NCBI RefSeq assembly: GCF_009914755.1
Contig: NC_060927.1
Length of the DNA: 64,000 bases
Strand: one strand, 5' to 3'
Source of the DNA: the human T2T-CHM13v2.0 reference genome, Homo sapiens
The position numbers and the translations under genes are program-made. Under the pieces are notes generated by a model. The model saw only the letters and a list, made by a program, of their open reading frames with translations, had not been told where the DNA came from and did not search any database. Below, one piece after another: positions 12,430 through 26,520 of the stretch (position 1 is the first letter of the stretch; each line of letters begins with the position of its first letter).

Positions 12430-14560
12430 ATATAATCCAGGATAATCACTGAGGTGATTTACTAGGGCATCAGTTAATAATGTTAAAGTTCTAAATGTCC
12501 TCACATAAATAACCTGGGCTCCAAAAAAATCTTTCTTGCACCTATTGTGTAGCAACAGTGCGATTCCCTTTGACAAATGGAACCGTTCACCTCAGACTTC
12601 TACTATGAGTAAGAGTTCAATAGCATAAGAAGACCAAATTGGCAGATTAATATTCTCAGACTTCAATTTTGGGGGGTACCATGGACATGTTCTCTGATAA
12701 AAATATTCCTTTCTTAGGAAGTAGGCACTAGGAATTCTAAATTAACCAAGTTCATGGATTTAGGAAAAGAAGCAAAAATTCTGTAAATTCATTATTAGAT
12801 GAGTAGGGCCACTCCTATATCAACCCTGAATATGTGGATTCATATATTCTTACTATATGGAATTTATGATATATTTGTCACTCTTTTCAAGAATATTCCA
12901 CATTATTTAAATAGAATCCCAGTCTTACATGGTGGTATCTCTCAGCTGGTACTAGAACTTTTCCTTCAGTAGGCCATTTCACCATTGCAGAAAGCCAATT
13001 GCCTTTGGATGATGGGACACATGGTAGATCAATAAATGCCAAAGGTCTTAAGCTTCTTGCCTACTTCCATTGTAAAATGATGTTGTCCAACATTGTGAAA
13101 TAGTGGAGGGTACTACTGAGCATCATTTTGTGACAGAGATGAAATCATTCTGTCAGGGTGAGATGGGGCTGATGGAAAAATCATGCACAAGGAAGAAAAA
13201 TTTGCATTCAGAATACATATCTATTTCTATAAGGACAGATTGCTATTCTCTGCAGTATGGAAAAGGTCCAATGTAATCAACCTATCACTAGGTGGCTGGC
13301 TGATTCCTCCTCTTCCCTCACCATTCCTGGGAACAATGCCATATCAGTGCTTGAAGTTGACCTGTGTTATTGGCAATTTGGATACTCAGCAGGTGCAGCA
13401 GTCAGATCGGCTATGGTGGAGGGGGATTTCATGTTGTTGAACCTACATGAAGCCTCCATGGCTGCCAAAATGGACACTTTGTTCATAAGTCCATTAAGTA
13501 AACATTGAGCTGACTGAAAAAAGAAGTTTACTGACAACCCCAGGATAAAGTCCTCTTGTTCATCTGGTTATTTATAGCCCGAGCCACAGTGAATGTGACC
13601 TGTGAGCCTTTTTATGGTGCACAAATATATACTTATTCTATTTCCATTCTAAGAGGAACATGTACGTACTTCTTCCTTAGACTTCCCAGGCACTGATTTT
13701 CCAATCTTATTCAGTAACTATGGAGATTCAAATCAGGTTTAACTCTACAGATCTAGGATTTATCTGATTACATAGAATAAATAACATCTTAGAAGGCTAC
13801 TCATTTATTTTTCTTCCTATAGGCCCTGTGAAAAATTAGTCACTGTCACATATTACTGAATGTCAAAACACTTTGATTACTACTCTGTCCTTGTGGATTA
13901 TTGCAGTAATGGCAGCCACCTTGCCAGGAATAATTAAGTGCCTCTGTCTGGCATTTGCCACTTAACGATCATATTATTCTCAGTAAAATATGGAACTCAA
14001 ATTTGTAATGATGAAAGGCAAGCCCCATTTATACCTAGACTGAAGCAACTACAGAAGACAACCAACTACAATAGAGGTTTACGAAGGATGCTGGTATTCC
14101 CTTCATGAGAATTTTTCATAATGCCTTGGTAAAGACAGTTTTCTTCAAACTCCCTGAGAGGTAGGTCTATTCCAACATTCCTACTGTCCTGTGTATTCTA
14201 ATTTCTTTCTCTGTTTTATACTAGAGAAGTTCTGGTCTCTCAGTCTTGTTCAGTATACCGAGAAAACTTATAGATTCACTCCCAGGTCCTGAATCCCTGG
14301 TCTAACACACTGAAGATCTAACTTCCACCAGTGTGTTCCCTGGATTCCTCTTGGAGCTGAATATAATTTTTTCTGTTTCTCCTCCAATCACTTTTTAACT
14401 CTGAGCTGCTCCAAATCCCTGTTCTTCAGTGACTAAAGATGTTATGAAACTTTAGCCCTAACCTGGGAAGAGGAAGAAAAGGAGGGAGAGGAAGACGAGG
14501 AGGAGGGAGAATAGTTGTCTCTAAAGGAGGAAACCTCTATCAAACATGTCAAAGGTGGGG
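12430..14560 (-). mobile_element. ERV-L class internal relic (gag and integrase remnants)
   Basis: Hand translation of minus strand ~13500-13190 gives WTYEQSVHFGSHGGFM*VQQHEIPL/TIADLTAAPAEYPNCQ and QPAT***VDYIGPFP...VLIEIDMYS. These match ERV-L integrase (WAHEQSGHGGRDGG...ADLATATAECPICQ; QPATWWQVDYIGPLP...GIDTYS). Gag-like GGAATGTTGGA and ACCAGCATCCTT lie near 14080-14200. Boundaries approximate. Confidence 0.8.
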
Positions 14561-15981
14561 GACCCAAGAAGCTGACAACACTGCTAAGAGCGAGGAGCTG
14601 GAAAAAGGATTGAGATCCATCTTAAAGACAAGAGCCCTGTGAGAAAGAACAAACCCATACTCAAACCTAAGAAACCAGGTTCCAAGAAATAAGGAGCCAG
14701 GAACTGCCTGACTGCGGTGATCAAGAGAGGGCCTGTGAGACCAGCATGCAGAGTGGGCCTTCCTTGGGCTGTGCTGTGGTCATGGGGTGTACCCCTACCT
14801 TGCCCCTTCCATCTGAGTCTAAATAGAATGGGAGTGTTTTGGAGAAAGTGACAAAAGATCCTCTTCTCACTCAACTCTCCCATGTGAGGAGGCCCTGGTG
14901 AGAAGAGCCTGACCACAGGGAAACAATAAAGTTTGCTTTGCCAGGACCTTTCCTGCTCTTCTTCCCTGAAGCCATCCTCCTTGTCAGCTGCAAAAGCCCA
15001 TGTGCAGAGGACAGCTGTGAACCAGCACACCTGGGTCCTGAGATCCCATCTGCCACCCTGCCCCCGTTCTGATCTGAGGTTGCTGTGTCCCAGGCAGACT
15101 TCAGCTGGGTTCTGCTCTGCTCTTCTGCCTTCCTACTTTTTGGCACACCAAGCCCCAACTTTGAGGGAAACACCAAATGTCTCAGCTTCTTGCCCAGCCT
15201 CAACCTTTGCCCTCTGCTGAGCTGTGTGTCAGGCCTGGCTACAGGGAGGAACCAATGACAACAACAAATGTAGGCAGTTAAGTCACTTTGTCACACAGGA
15301 AGCAATAGAGGGTAGCACATTTGGGCCCAGAGGTGAAATAGCATCCTCTTGTGAAGTACTTGCCCTGGGTAAGATCATTAAAATGTCTTCATGCAATACA
15401 GTATATGGCTAGTTTTCTATATAATGTGGAGGAATTGCTTCTGCTGGCAAGGGAGATTGAGGAGGATTTTCAGTTCAAAGTTCTCGACTTCATTTGTATC
15501 TGTTGAAATGTTCCCATCTTAAATATCAGGGTCATCATTTATTCCTAATCAATATCTTAACTTTAGCATAAGACCCTTAGCAAAGGCAGTGGACACACAC
15601 ACACATACATACATACACACCCATATATGTATATAGTGTGTGTGGAAGAGAGAGAGATTCTGAACAAGAGAGAGAGATTGTGAACATTGATTCATAATAA
15701 TGCCCAATATGTTACTGTCAACTTAATCTTTTCATAGGGAAAATAGTAGAATGGTGTTTTGATTTACAATAAAAAATAAAACGGGGAGGGAAAAACCTTT
15801 TCAAAGAGTGGAAGATGGAGGCAGAAGTGATTTGTGTTATTAGGGAAATGGTCTTGTAAGAAGTGAATGACGAATTGCATATATTATATGCCCCTTTCCT
15901 ATTTTTTATTCCAGAGAGAGATTTTTGCTGGTTATGAACATGAATTTGTATTTCATATCTATGTCACAAACAAGTCTCCAC

Positions 15982-16086
15982 ATCTGTCATATGTCAAACT
16001 CTTATGGTAATTTCTACAATTCATATGATATGTGTGAAGTCAATTCTGTCACCACTTTACTTTTTTACTTTGGGATTCTGCATCTT
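15982..16086 (+). repeat. Copy A of a 105-bp dispersed duplication
   Basis: 96/105 identical, ungapped, to 20717-20821. Confidence 0.95.
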
Positions 16087-16089
16087 AAA

Positions 16090-18900
16090 ATACTTTGCTA
16101 TCACCAAGTTACATGTATTTTATCCCCTAAAATACTTTAATACTACCATATATTCACACAGCGTTACTTTTATTTGTACCTTCTCTTTACTCTATATCCA
16201 TCTACCTATCTGTCATCAGTCTACCTCTCTTTTTCAGCCTATGTGTGCAGTAGTCAAACTTCATGTCAACACTATTTAATGACTTCCCTAAATTTTTGAT
16301 AATAATTTGAAATTTCACTTTTATAATTAATTAAATTTCTATAAACTAGTGGGCCTAATTCTGAACTCAATTATGTTCTATGTATCTGTTTTGTGTTTTT
16401 TTCACTAATACTTTTAGTTATATATAGTAACTATATAGCAATTATAGTATATAGCAATTATAGTACATTTTAAATTGTATATAGCAATTATAGTACATTT
16501 TAAAGCCTGAAAGGTCAACCCTGTCTCTTATCATTTTATCACGATAAAAGTTTGCTTTTTGACATCTCCAGCATAAAGTATCCCAGGATGTTGTTGATAT
16601 TTTTTAACATTTTATTGGGACTTTGAATTAAACTGAACATTAAGATTCATTGGGGGGATAATTGACATCCCTAACTGTATCCTAACCCTAACCCTGAATA
16701 ACAGTAGTGACAATTTGCAACCAGAAATATGGTATGTCTATTTATGCTAATCTCTTTCATCAAAGGGTCCTTGCTTTTATGACAGACCCTTCATATTTAT
16801 AATTAAGTCATTCCTGAATTGGCCAAAGTTTTAGTTTTACTCCGAATGGCTCACTTTTCCAGTTAAATTTTCCAATTTAGCTGGCATCCAGGAAAGATTT
16901 GATTCAGTTATGTTGGCCTTTTTGTTTCCACCTACATCCCTAAATGAGTGTATTTTCTATGTAGAAAATCATATTAATTGAAGTGACATTTTTTCTACTT
17001 CTCCAATGTTTAATAGTATTTATTTATCTTGCTATTTTCTATCTACTATACACTTCATTGCAATTTAAAAAGGTAGTTGCAATAGTTTTTGTTATATTTC
17101 TCCTCATTTGAATTTGATCAGAATGTATGCACTTTAATCTTTATCTGTATATCTACCTATCGTCATTTCAGCATTAAATTTTTATTTTATTAAATTTCTA
17201 GTAGAAAATGTTTTTGATATTAGGAAATATATAAAATTCCCTTTTTTTACCTAGTAAAATAAATTTTGGCTACATATGTCAAATGTTTAATTTCTTTTGG
17301 CCTCTGATTGAAATCATTATGTGCTTTAATTTCTCTGAATCTATTAAAGTATTAGAATAGCTTAATATTTGCTGAAATTAAACTACCTTTGCATTCCTAA
17401 AATAAATCCTGCTTGATATAGTAATCCTTAAATATACATATAGATTTGTTGATTAGAGGTCTATTTGTATGTTTTATTCTGTTCATGTCTGTATTTGGCT
17501 TATACATTTGAGTTTTTGTGTTATCCTTGTAATAATTTGGCATCAGGTTAGGATAGACATATAAAACAAATTGAAAGGGGCTTTCATTATATTTTATGAC
17601 TTGCAACACTTTATAAAGTAGTGATATTGTATATGTTCAGGCACAGATTTGCAAAACAATATATAGCAAGTGTGTACTCTTTGCCAGGAATCATGTTAGG
17701 CTGTGTGATGAACAAATTTAATATCTTAAAGGAAAACACTGATGCTATTATTACATCCAATGTTAGAGATAAGGCAACTAAGGAATACAGAAGATCTGTT
17801 ATTTGTACAGATCACACATAACAGATTTGTACAGATTAGAAATCAGATACCCAAACTGACATTGCCACCTCAAGCTGTCTTCATTCCCATTTACACCTAT
17901 CCAAAGAAGTTCTTTTTCAAAAATATAAAATATTCATTTATAATCTATAATGCAAAAGACACAGTGTAAAGAATAATAACTAAATTATTGCTCGTGTATC
18001 CATTACTTGTTTAAGAAATGGGATAATAATATTGACTCTGAAAGTCTCTTTGTGTTCCTCTCTTATGTCTTCCCACCTTCTCTCCAGAGATATTTATCTT
18101 CCTGAATTTATAGTTAATTAGCCTTATAATTAATCTTATACTTTACAGTTTTATCTGCTATTTATTTTTTCTTAAATATTTATCAACTTGTTTGTCAATT
18201 TTGGCTTTTGTCTTAATGGAGTCAAGAAGTAGGTTTCTTGTCCTGCCCCCCCACCCCATCCCACTTTGTTTTCAATACTGCTCAGTAATTGATTGTACTA
18301 CAATTTATTAATCCATTCTTCTATTGATAACCACTTGGATGTTAACAATTCCTTGCTAAGAAAAACAATACCATTTTGAATATTCTTATACATGTCTCCT
18401 GGGGCACATATTCAAACTTTGTCGAGTTTTATTGCTGGGTTATTGGATATGAACATTGCCACATTTGCTAGGTGATGCCAAAAAATTTTCCAAAGTAGTT
18501 GTACCTGTTGACATTACAGCAGAAAGTAAGGGTTTGGACTGATTCACATTCTTGCTAATGCTTGTATTTTTAAAATTGTAACAATTTAAACTATTTAACC
18601 CATAACAATTACTGGATATAAAACTACGTTTTTTCACTTCTCTAATGATATTGAACATTTTTTCCACATATATGTTGTGGAACTCTTTTTCTGACAATTG
18701 CCATTCCTTTTTTGACAATTGTCCATTTTTCTCTTCAGATAATTTGTTTTATTTATATGTAGGCATTATTTATATATTCCAAAGGTTAATTCTTTGTGAT
18801 TTATTTTGTTTGAAATGATTTATCTTGATTTAAGTCATTTTTTATTATTTCTCTATATGTTCTTATTATTATAATTATTATTGGTATTGTTGTTATGTGC
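16090..18900 (-). mobile_element. Highly decayed L1ME-like fragments with an L2/MIR patch at ~17630-17880
   Basis: Antisense L1 motifs GGGGATAATTGACATC, CTACCTTTGCATTCCTAAAATAAATCC, TTTGGCATCAGGTT and ATCCATTCTTCTATTGATAACCACTTGGATG. Confidence 0.6.
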
Positions 18901-20539
18901 CGGATATTGTGTATAAAAGGGCCAGACCTGAGGTCCCTTTTATTTCCCCATAGAGACTACACATCCTTTCTACTATCACTTACACACAATAGAAGCTGAT
19001 CATCTCAATCCAACAAAAACATTGACCTTTGTTGAGCTGGTGGCAGCTTATTTATTTAACTCACTTTTAGTTACAAATGTTTTGAGGGCAAAATGCCCTC
19101 TGTGTTTACTTTAGGCCCTTTTGTCTATCTTGTACGATTCATGAGATTTTAGGAGATTCTCCACCTTCACAGTTAAACACCCCAGCTTCCCTCAAAACCC
19201 CAGTATTCATCAAAAATCCCAGGGCAAAAAAAAAAAAAAAAAAAAAAAAGTAAAGAGATTGCTTGTGATTTGAGAATCTCCTGGGATTTAAATCCATTTC
19301 TATTGACATGGCAACGAAAAGCTCTGGCCTGTTTCTGTTTCTCCTGAAAAGTCTTTTTGCCTGTCTGAGCTCCAAGGGTCATGTTTAATGTCCTACTCAA
19401 CATTTACCCTACTTATATATCCCAGTTTAGGGATTGATGCCTTCACATGGATTAGGAACTCAACACTTCAACGCATGTTTGGTCTAATGAACAAAGGGAA
19501 TCAAAGGAAGCGATGTTACAGACACAGGGCATTATATTCCTGATTCTAATCTGTAGAGTTGAATCATAAACTCATTCTAATCATGATTCTCTTCATATCT
19601 ATAGTAAAAAGTCAATTTTTACACTGACAGATATAAAGGTTTCTAGCTTCCAGACGCTGAAGCTTCCTGAGGGTCTTTAAATGCTGCTGACAAAACTGAT
19701 GTAACTGAGTGAGGAGAGAAAAGGACAAGAAGAAACTAAGTGGTTGGTCTGCCTGTTCTGGGCCAATTCCCATGGCAGGGGTGGTATTTGAGCTTCTCAA
19801 AATTCTTCTGCACAAGGACAGCCTCTGTCTTTCCTTCCACTTCTTTTCATTCCACAATAACCTCTTGAACAAAACAAGACTCTATGTGAGCTAATACTGA
19901 TAGACTCATAGCTCCACACACTTAAAGTCTGTACTTAATAAAACATTTTTATGTGGGGCTCATTGCACTGAGAGCGAGTGTGTGAATGTCCGTGTTTGCC
20001 AAAACACAGTAGAAGTTTATAACATTATATGTTTTTTTATTTGGCCAAGTTGTAAAATGCCATTGGTTTATGAAAAGCCTCAGGATTATATGCAATAAAA
20101 TTGCATTAATTGGAATATGTAAACCATTTGAAACTAATGACAGGTACACAACTACACAGAACCACATGAAAGCAGCCAGAAAAAAATCATATGTGTTTAC
20201 AGCTATCTGGAGATAGCTGAATTTTAAAATGTTTTATACTCTTTTGGGAAAAAAATGCATGCCCCCCCCCCACCACACATAAAACACTGGTATTCTTTTG
20301 AGACTAAGAGAATACAGATACTTATTCAACTCACAAAGCTACAAAGCTAGAATTGTGCTTATAGTACATACAAGAAATCTAAACTGAGGTCCTCAGTAGG
20401 ATTTCCTGAGGACATTAAAAACATGTTAATTGATTAATTAATTAATTCAGCAGATCTCAGAGTTTTGAAAGTCAGGGCGCAGGTTGGTTATTTGTTATTT
20501 ATGCTTAAACATATGTACATAAATATAAGGTTTACATAT

Positions 20540-20582
20540 ATATGTGTGTGTATGTGTGTGTGTATATATATATATATATATA
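20540..20582. repeat. (TG)n(TA)n microsatellite
   Basis: Read directly. Confidence 0.9.
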
Positions 20583-20716
20583 GCTTGAAATGTCACCACT
20601 TATACAAAAGCTATAACTCAAATCCTAATTTGTCTCACGGGACAATGGACTCCCCTAGCGCTGTCATGAGTTTTCTCAGGTTATATGGTAGTGAGAGTCA
20701 TGTTGACAGTTGCGAT

Positions 20717-20821
20717 ATCTGTCATACATCACACTCTTCTGGAAATTTTTACAATTCATATGATACATGTGAAGTCAATTCTGTCACCACTTTACTTTCT
20801 TACTTTGGGATTCTGCATCTT
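20717..20821 (+). repeat. Copy B of the 105-bp dispersed duplication
   Basis: 96/105 identical, ungapped, to 15982-16086. Confidence 0.95.
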
Positions 20822-21799
20822 GGGGAATGCTAATCTCTTATTTCCTTGAAATAATAGTGTGCTTTCTCATATGCATTTATTATTTTTTCCAGATAATATA
20901 ATTAAGTATATGTGAGAAATACAATAAAATTTTAAGTGTCTTAAACAGGGGAGGTTTAATATATAGAACTGGCAGCCCAGGTTTGGAGAGCTGAAGGAGT
21001 GAAAGGGAGCACTGAAATATCTCAAACTAAACATTGGTTAGAGAACGTGAGGGGCAGAGTTGGGTTATCAAACCTGGGGGTACACAGGAGTGACCCATTG
21101 GATTTGGTGCCCACAACTCTCAAGACCTGGCCTCATCTGACACCCCTGATGAGGCAAGGGGCGATCATGAAAGGGCTCCATAGTTTATGTTCAGATCTCT
21201 GAGGAGAAAGAATCTTCTTATTGCCATTAAGCACATCTAGGAGGTTGTGATGAGGCTAGTTTTAAAAGCTCTAAAAGGAAATAACGTTTGGAGCCAACCA
21301 GAATACTTCAGTTTCTCTAAACTCCAGCGAGACTGCCTCAAGGAAGTTACTGTACCATTAACCAACCGCTTCTTGACTGTTCGTTAATTGGAATACGGTG
21401 CAATAGTACGCAACTTATTATATGCATGCAGGAAAGTATACATTTATGTCTTACTCATTCTGTACCTATGCTGTAGTCCTCCAGTCCACACTAAATACTG
21501 TAAATACACAATAAAATTTCACAATCATAATTTTCAACTTATCACAGGCTTTAATGAGTTTATGATTCTTTCATAAATATGTATTTTAAGAAAAATTAAA
21601 CTTATATTATAAAATAGTATTTCAATATAGTAAAATAATTTTTTAGAAAAGTAGAGATACTTTTAGTCACATGATTGAATAAAAATGCAGCAGCAGCACT
21701 TTTATTTTTGCTGGTAGTGTGTTTGTATTTTTACTTTCAAATTCAAAAAACTACTTAGGCCTATTGTATATATTTTATCACAAAATTAGTCATATTTGG

Positions 21800-22800
21800 T
21801 GTATTTTTAATACTTTTATAATATTTTTAGTTATAATTGTAAACATTAACAGTGATTGAAAAATATTAGTCAGGAAGTGATCTCCAGAAATTCCACATTC
21901 CTGATACAACTGCCATTAATATTTTTATGCCTATTCTCTCACGTATCTCTTTGGGGAAATAAGCTTATATATATATATATTTATTTATGAATATAGAATC
22001 TTTTTAAGTGTACTTTTGTGTGTGTGGAAGTGGCTAACCTTTTCCATTTATCCATGGCGTCCCTTCTCCCTGTAACTAATGGTAACCTGGTGTATATCCA
22101 TACACAATTTTCCCACAGTTATGTAATAGTATGCTGATTTGTGCAAGGTCTTCCGCATTGTTTAGTTAGGATCATATACTTCTATGTAATACTTCTACAA
22201 ATCTACAGCTAGTTTAGAACCATAAAACAATTTATTCCACAATTTCCTTAGCAAAAGAAAATTGCATATCTTGTTTTTATCCCTTTCCATATATTAAACA
22301 TATTTTATATTATTTTGACTCTGTACACTTTGCTTTTGAGGCCTAGATTTCATGGATGAGATTCCTGGATTTTAAAAATAGATACATTCTTAATTTTAAT
22401 AGATATCACCAGATAGCTTTCTCAAATGTCTGTATCAATTGTTTCTCCTCCAACAGGATATAAGAGAACCCATTTTTCCAATCACTTTCAATAGTAGATG
22501 CTAGCACTCTTAACTTTTGTGGATCAGATGGGTTCAACTGCTCTTTCATTATTGTTTTAATTTTCATTTCCTTTTTCACTGGTGGGATTAAACATTTTTG
22601 TAAATCTTTACTGACCATTGGATTTTTCTCTTTTTTTTTGGAGTGTATATTCACATCTTCTCTTTTTCATTAAATTTTTATCAATTTAGCACAAATTTGT
22701 TAGAATACTTAGTATATTATAGACATTAATTTTATCTTGTTTCAAGTATTTTTACCAACTAAATGTTTGTCTATTGAAATTGTCTATGGTCTTTACTTAT
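21800..22800 (-). mobile_element. Old L1ME-like 3' fragment
   Basis: ATTGTTTTAATTTTCATTTCCTTTTTCACTGGTG and CCAGATAGCTTTCTCAAA. ORF 22406..22654 (KEMKIKTIMK) resembles the ORF2 C-terminus. Confidence 0.6.
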
Positions 22801-22873
22801 CTACCTATCTATCTAGATATCTGTCTTCATGCATATATGACTATATAACTGTAAACACACATATACACATACC

Positions 22874-23570
22874 TTTTTATTAAAATTGATACTTTATTTT
22901 AGAGCAGTTATAAGTTTACAGAAAATGAAGAGTTCCTATATATTCCTTCTCCCACTTTCTTAGTTTCATCTATTATTAATATATTGCATTGATTCGATAC
23001 ATTTGTTGCAGTTGGTGAACAAATATTGACACATTAACTAATGTCTACAGCCTACATTAAGGCTCACTATCATGTTGTATATTCTATGGGTTTTAACAAA
23101 TGCATAATGTCATATATCCAGCATTAATTACATCAGAATACAGAATACTCTCGCTCTCCTAAAAATCCCCTATTCTTGACCTACTCATCCCTCTCCTCAG
23201 CTTCTGATCCTGACCCCAGCACCCTGCCAATCCCTGACAATCATGGTCTTTTAGTGTCCCATGAGTTTGCCTTTTCTAGATTGTCATGTAGTTGTAATCA
23301 TATAGTATACAAACTTTTCAAAGCGTTTTTTTTACACTTTGATTCATTCACCTGCTCAAACACATTAACTCATTTATCAATAGGCATTTAAATTTCCCCT
23401 GTCTTTTTATGGCTTGATAACTCATTTCTTTTTATTATAAATAACATTACATGAATGTACCACAGTTTGATTATCCATTCACATATTAAATGACATCTTG
23501 GATGCCTCTAACTTTTGCCAATTATGAATAAAGCTGCTCTAAATATTAAGGTGTGGATTTTTGAACCAAA
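22874..23570 (-). mobile_element. L1MC/L1MD-type 3' UTR fragment
   Basis: TTTAGAGCAGTTATAAGTTTACAG, GTTGTATATTCTATGGGTTTTAACAAATGCATAATG, ATTATGAATAAAGCTGCT. Confidence 0.8.
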
Positions 23571-23869
23571 GTGTAAATTACCCCTGGTAAAAGAAGTCAG
23601 AGAACCACTACACCATATCTGCTTTCTCTGCCTCCACTTTATATTGCCTAAACTGTATATTCTGTTCAGTAGCTGCAACAATTTTTTAAAACTGCAAGTC
23701 AGGTTATGTTGTTCCCATGATCAAATATGTTGTTTCCATCATACTTGATGGAATAGTAATATAATACTAAGACATTACTATTACCCTCAAGACTCTACTT
23801 GATCTGAGTTTCAAATTTTCCTTATAACTCATCATCTACCACTGAGGGGGAGATGCTATCTAAAGCACA

Positions 23870-24950
<1,081 letters not shown>

Positions 24951-26520
24951 GCACTAAAATCTAACCTATGAACAAATACAATGTCAAAAGTATTCTAAAA
25001 AACAGTAATTTTAAATAAATGACCTCTAAATATGTTGCATATATGTATCTTTCCTTTTATTTTTTAATACCTGCTAATTTGTATATAATTGTGTATTATA
25101 TTTTATATTTTTTGAATAGACTAACCACAGATATGCTTTTTTTATACTATTACTTCTTTTCAATATTAAAAATGGATGTTATTAATGATTACTCACTGTC
25201 TAAAGCTTTAGTGAAATTGTTGGAAGGTATTGTTCTAGAATTAAGGTATTTACAGTAATCAGGTATTTGTATTTCTTTTCAAGCATATGGTCTCAATCAT
25301 ATTTTTTTAATCTACGATGTTTCTTGCCTTGATTATTTCTGATTACAATATTTTTTCACCAAATTGTTGAAGGATTAAGAAGCTTTCTAAAGTGCTGGAT
25401 ATATAACATTCAATAGAATGTAAATACCTTTTTATACTTGCCCATCTCATTCTTGACAGGAAAGAGAGTTGCTAGTTATTAAAAACCACATGGTCAAGAT
25501 ATTGGGCTATATTTTAATTTTAATCAAAATTCATTAATCTGTAGCTTGAATTATTTCACACAAGCACATACATCTGCACGAAAGACCTGAGGTCAAAACG
25601 GAAAGAGAATGGGCTTGTAGAGCATTTGTTCCTACAAGGAACTCGAAATACAAGTAGGCTGAAAATAGCCATTCTTTGTAATCATCAAAAACCACCACAT
25701 CAAATCAGTATGCCATTTCAAGCCTCCCTTAAAAGAAAAATTGTTAAATGAAGTTCAGAAGTTCCACATTTATGACAACATTGACAACAGCAATTGGTCA
25801 CTAAATCTCAAACGGCAAATGATTAGGTAGATGTTGATTTCAAAGAGACCTATTTTGGTCTCCACAATGTATTTAAAGCCACAGGGAAATCTCTCTCATA
25901 TCAAGTTTGTTTTGCAGAAGGCCTTTGTTTCTACCCTTTCTCGGGCTTTGGGGAGCAGGTCTCATTTTAAAATCCAAGTCAGCATCTCAGCAAAAGGCAA
26001 GATATCAGCAGATCCTGATACACCTGAAGAAGAGTGAGGCAAGTTGGGGAAACTCTCTCAGGGTTTCATTTTCCAGTTTGCCTTAGATAATTCTTTAAAA
26101 GTTTGATGCTTACTTGAGATTTATCTGAGGTACCTCTAGAGACTCCAAGATTTCTCTGGAAACTGTTTTCTGCAGAATGTTTACTATTTTCTTCTTATTC
26201 AACACATATAACACCAAAATATTTTTTTTTTCCCTCTCAAGCAAGTTCTGTTGTGCTTTTCTTTACAGGTAGGCTCTGATTGAGTTAGAAAACATTTTAA
26301 GAGTGAAACTGGAAACAGTGTGTGAATTTTAAATAATTTAATTAATGTGCTTTGCAAAACAAGCTATGAGTTAGAAAGACAATGTTTCTAATTGCCTTCT
26401 GATTATTGCATTCTTATTTATAACTGGAGCATTTTACTGAGATAAAACAATAGCTAGATATGAAAAATGGAACTAAGCAATATTCTGTATAGTATTATGA
26501 AAATATTTTATTCTTGGACC

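Noticed and set aside
14584-15030. Longest ORF (148 aa, minus) and overlapping ORFs as a protein-coding gene
   Set aside because: No recognisable domain, starts at a non-ATG codon, and long frames on both strands are expected from the locally higher GC.
6337-19249. Isolated poly-A runs (A23 at 6337-6359, A24 at 19226-19249) as processed-pseudogene tails
   Set aside because: No upstream AATAAA at the proper spacing, no TSD and no recognisable mRNA body.
15925-20833. Shared peptide (GNFYNSYDxCEVNSVTTLLxYFGILHL) in ORFs 15925..16140 and 20465..20833 as paralogous exons
   Set aside because: It follows from the 105-bp DNA duplication. There are no splice signals at the edges, and the substitutions look like CpG decay rather than synonymous bias.
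20910-21260. Possible additional old LTR fragment
   Set aside because: Only weak resemblance to MLT1-like ends; family and boundaries cannot be supported by eye.
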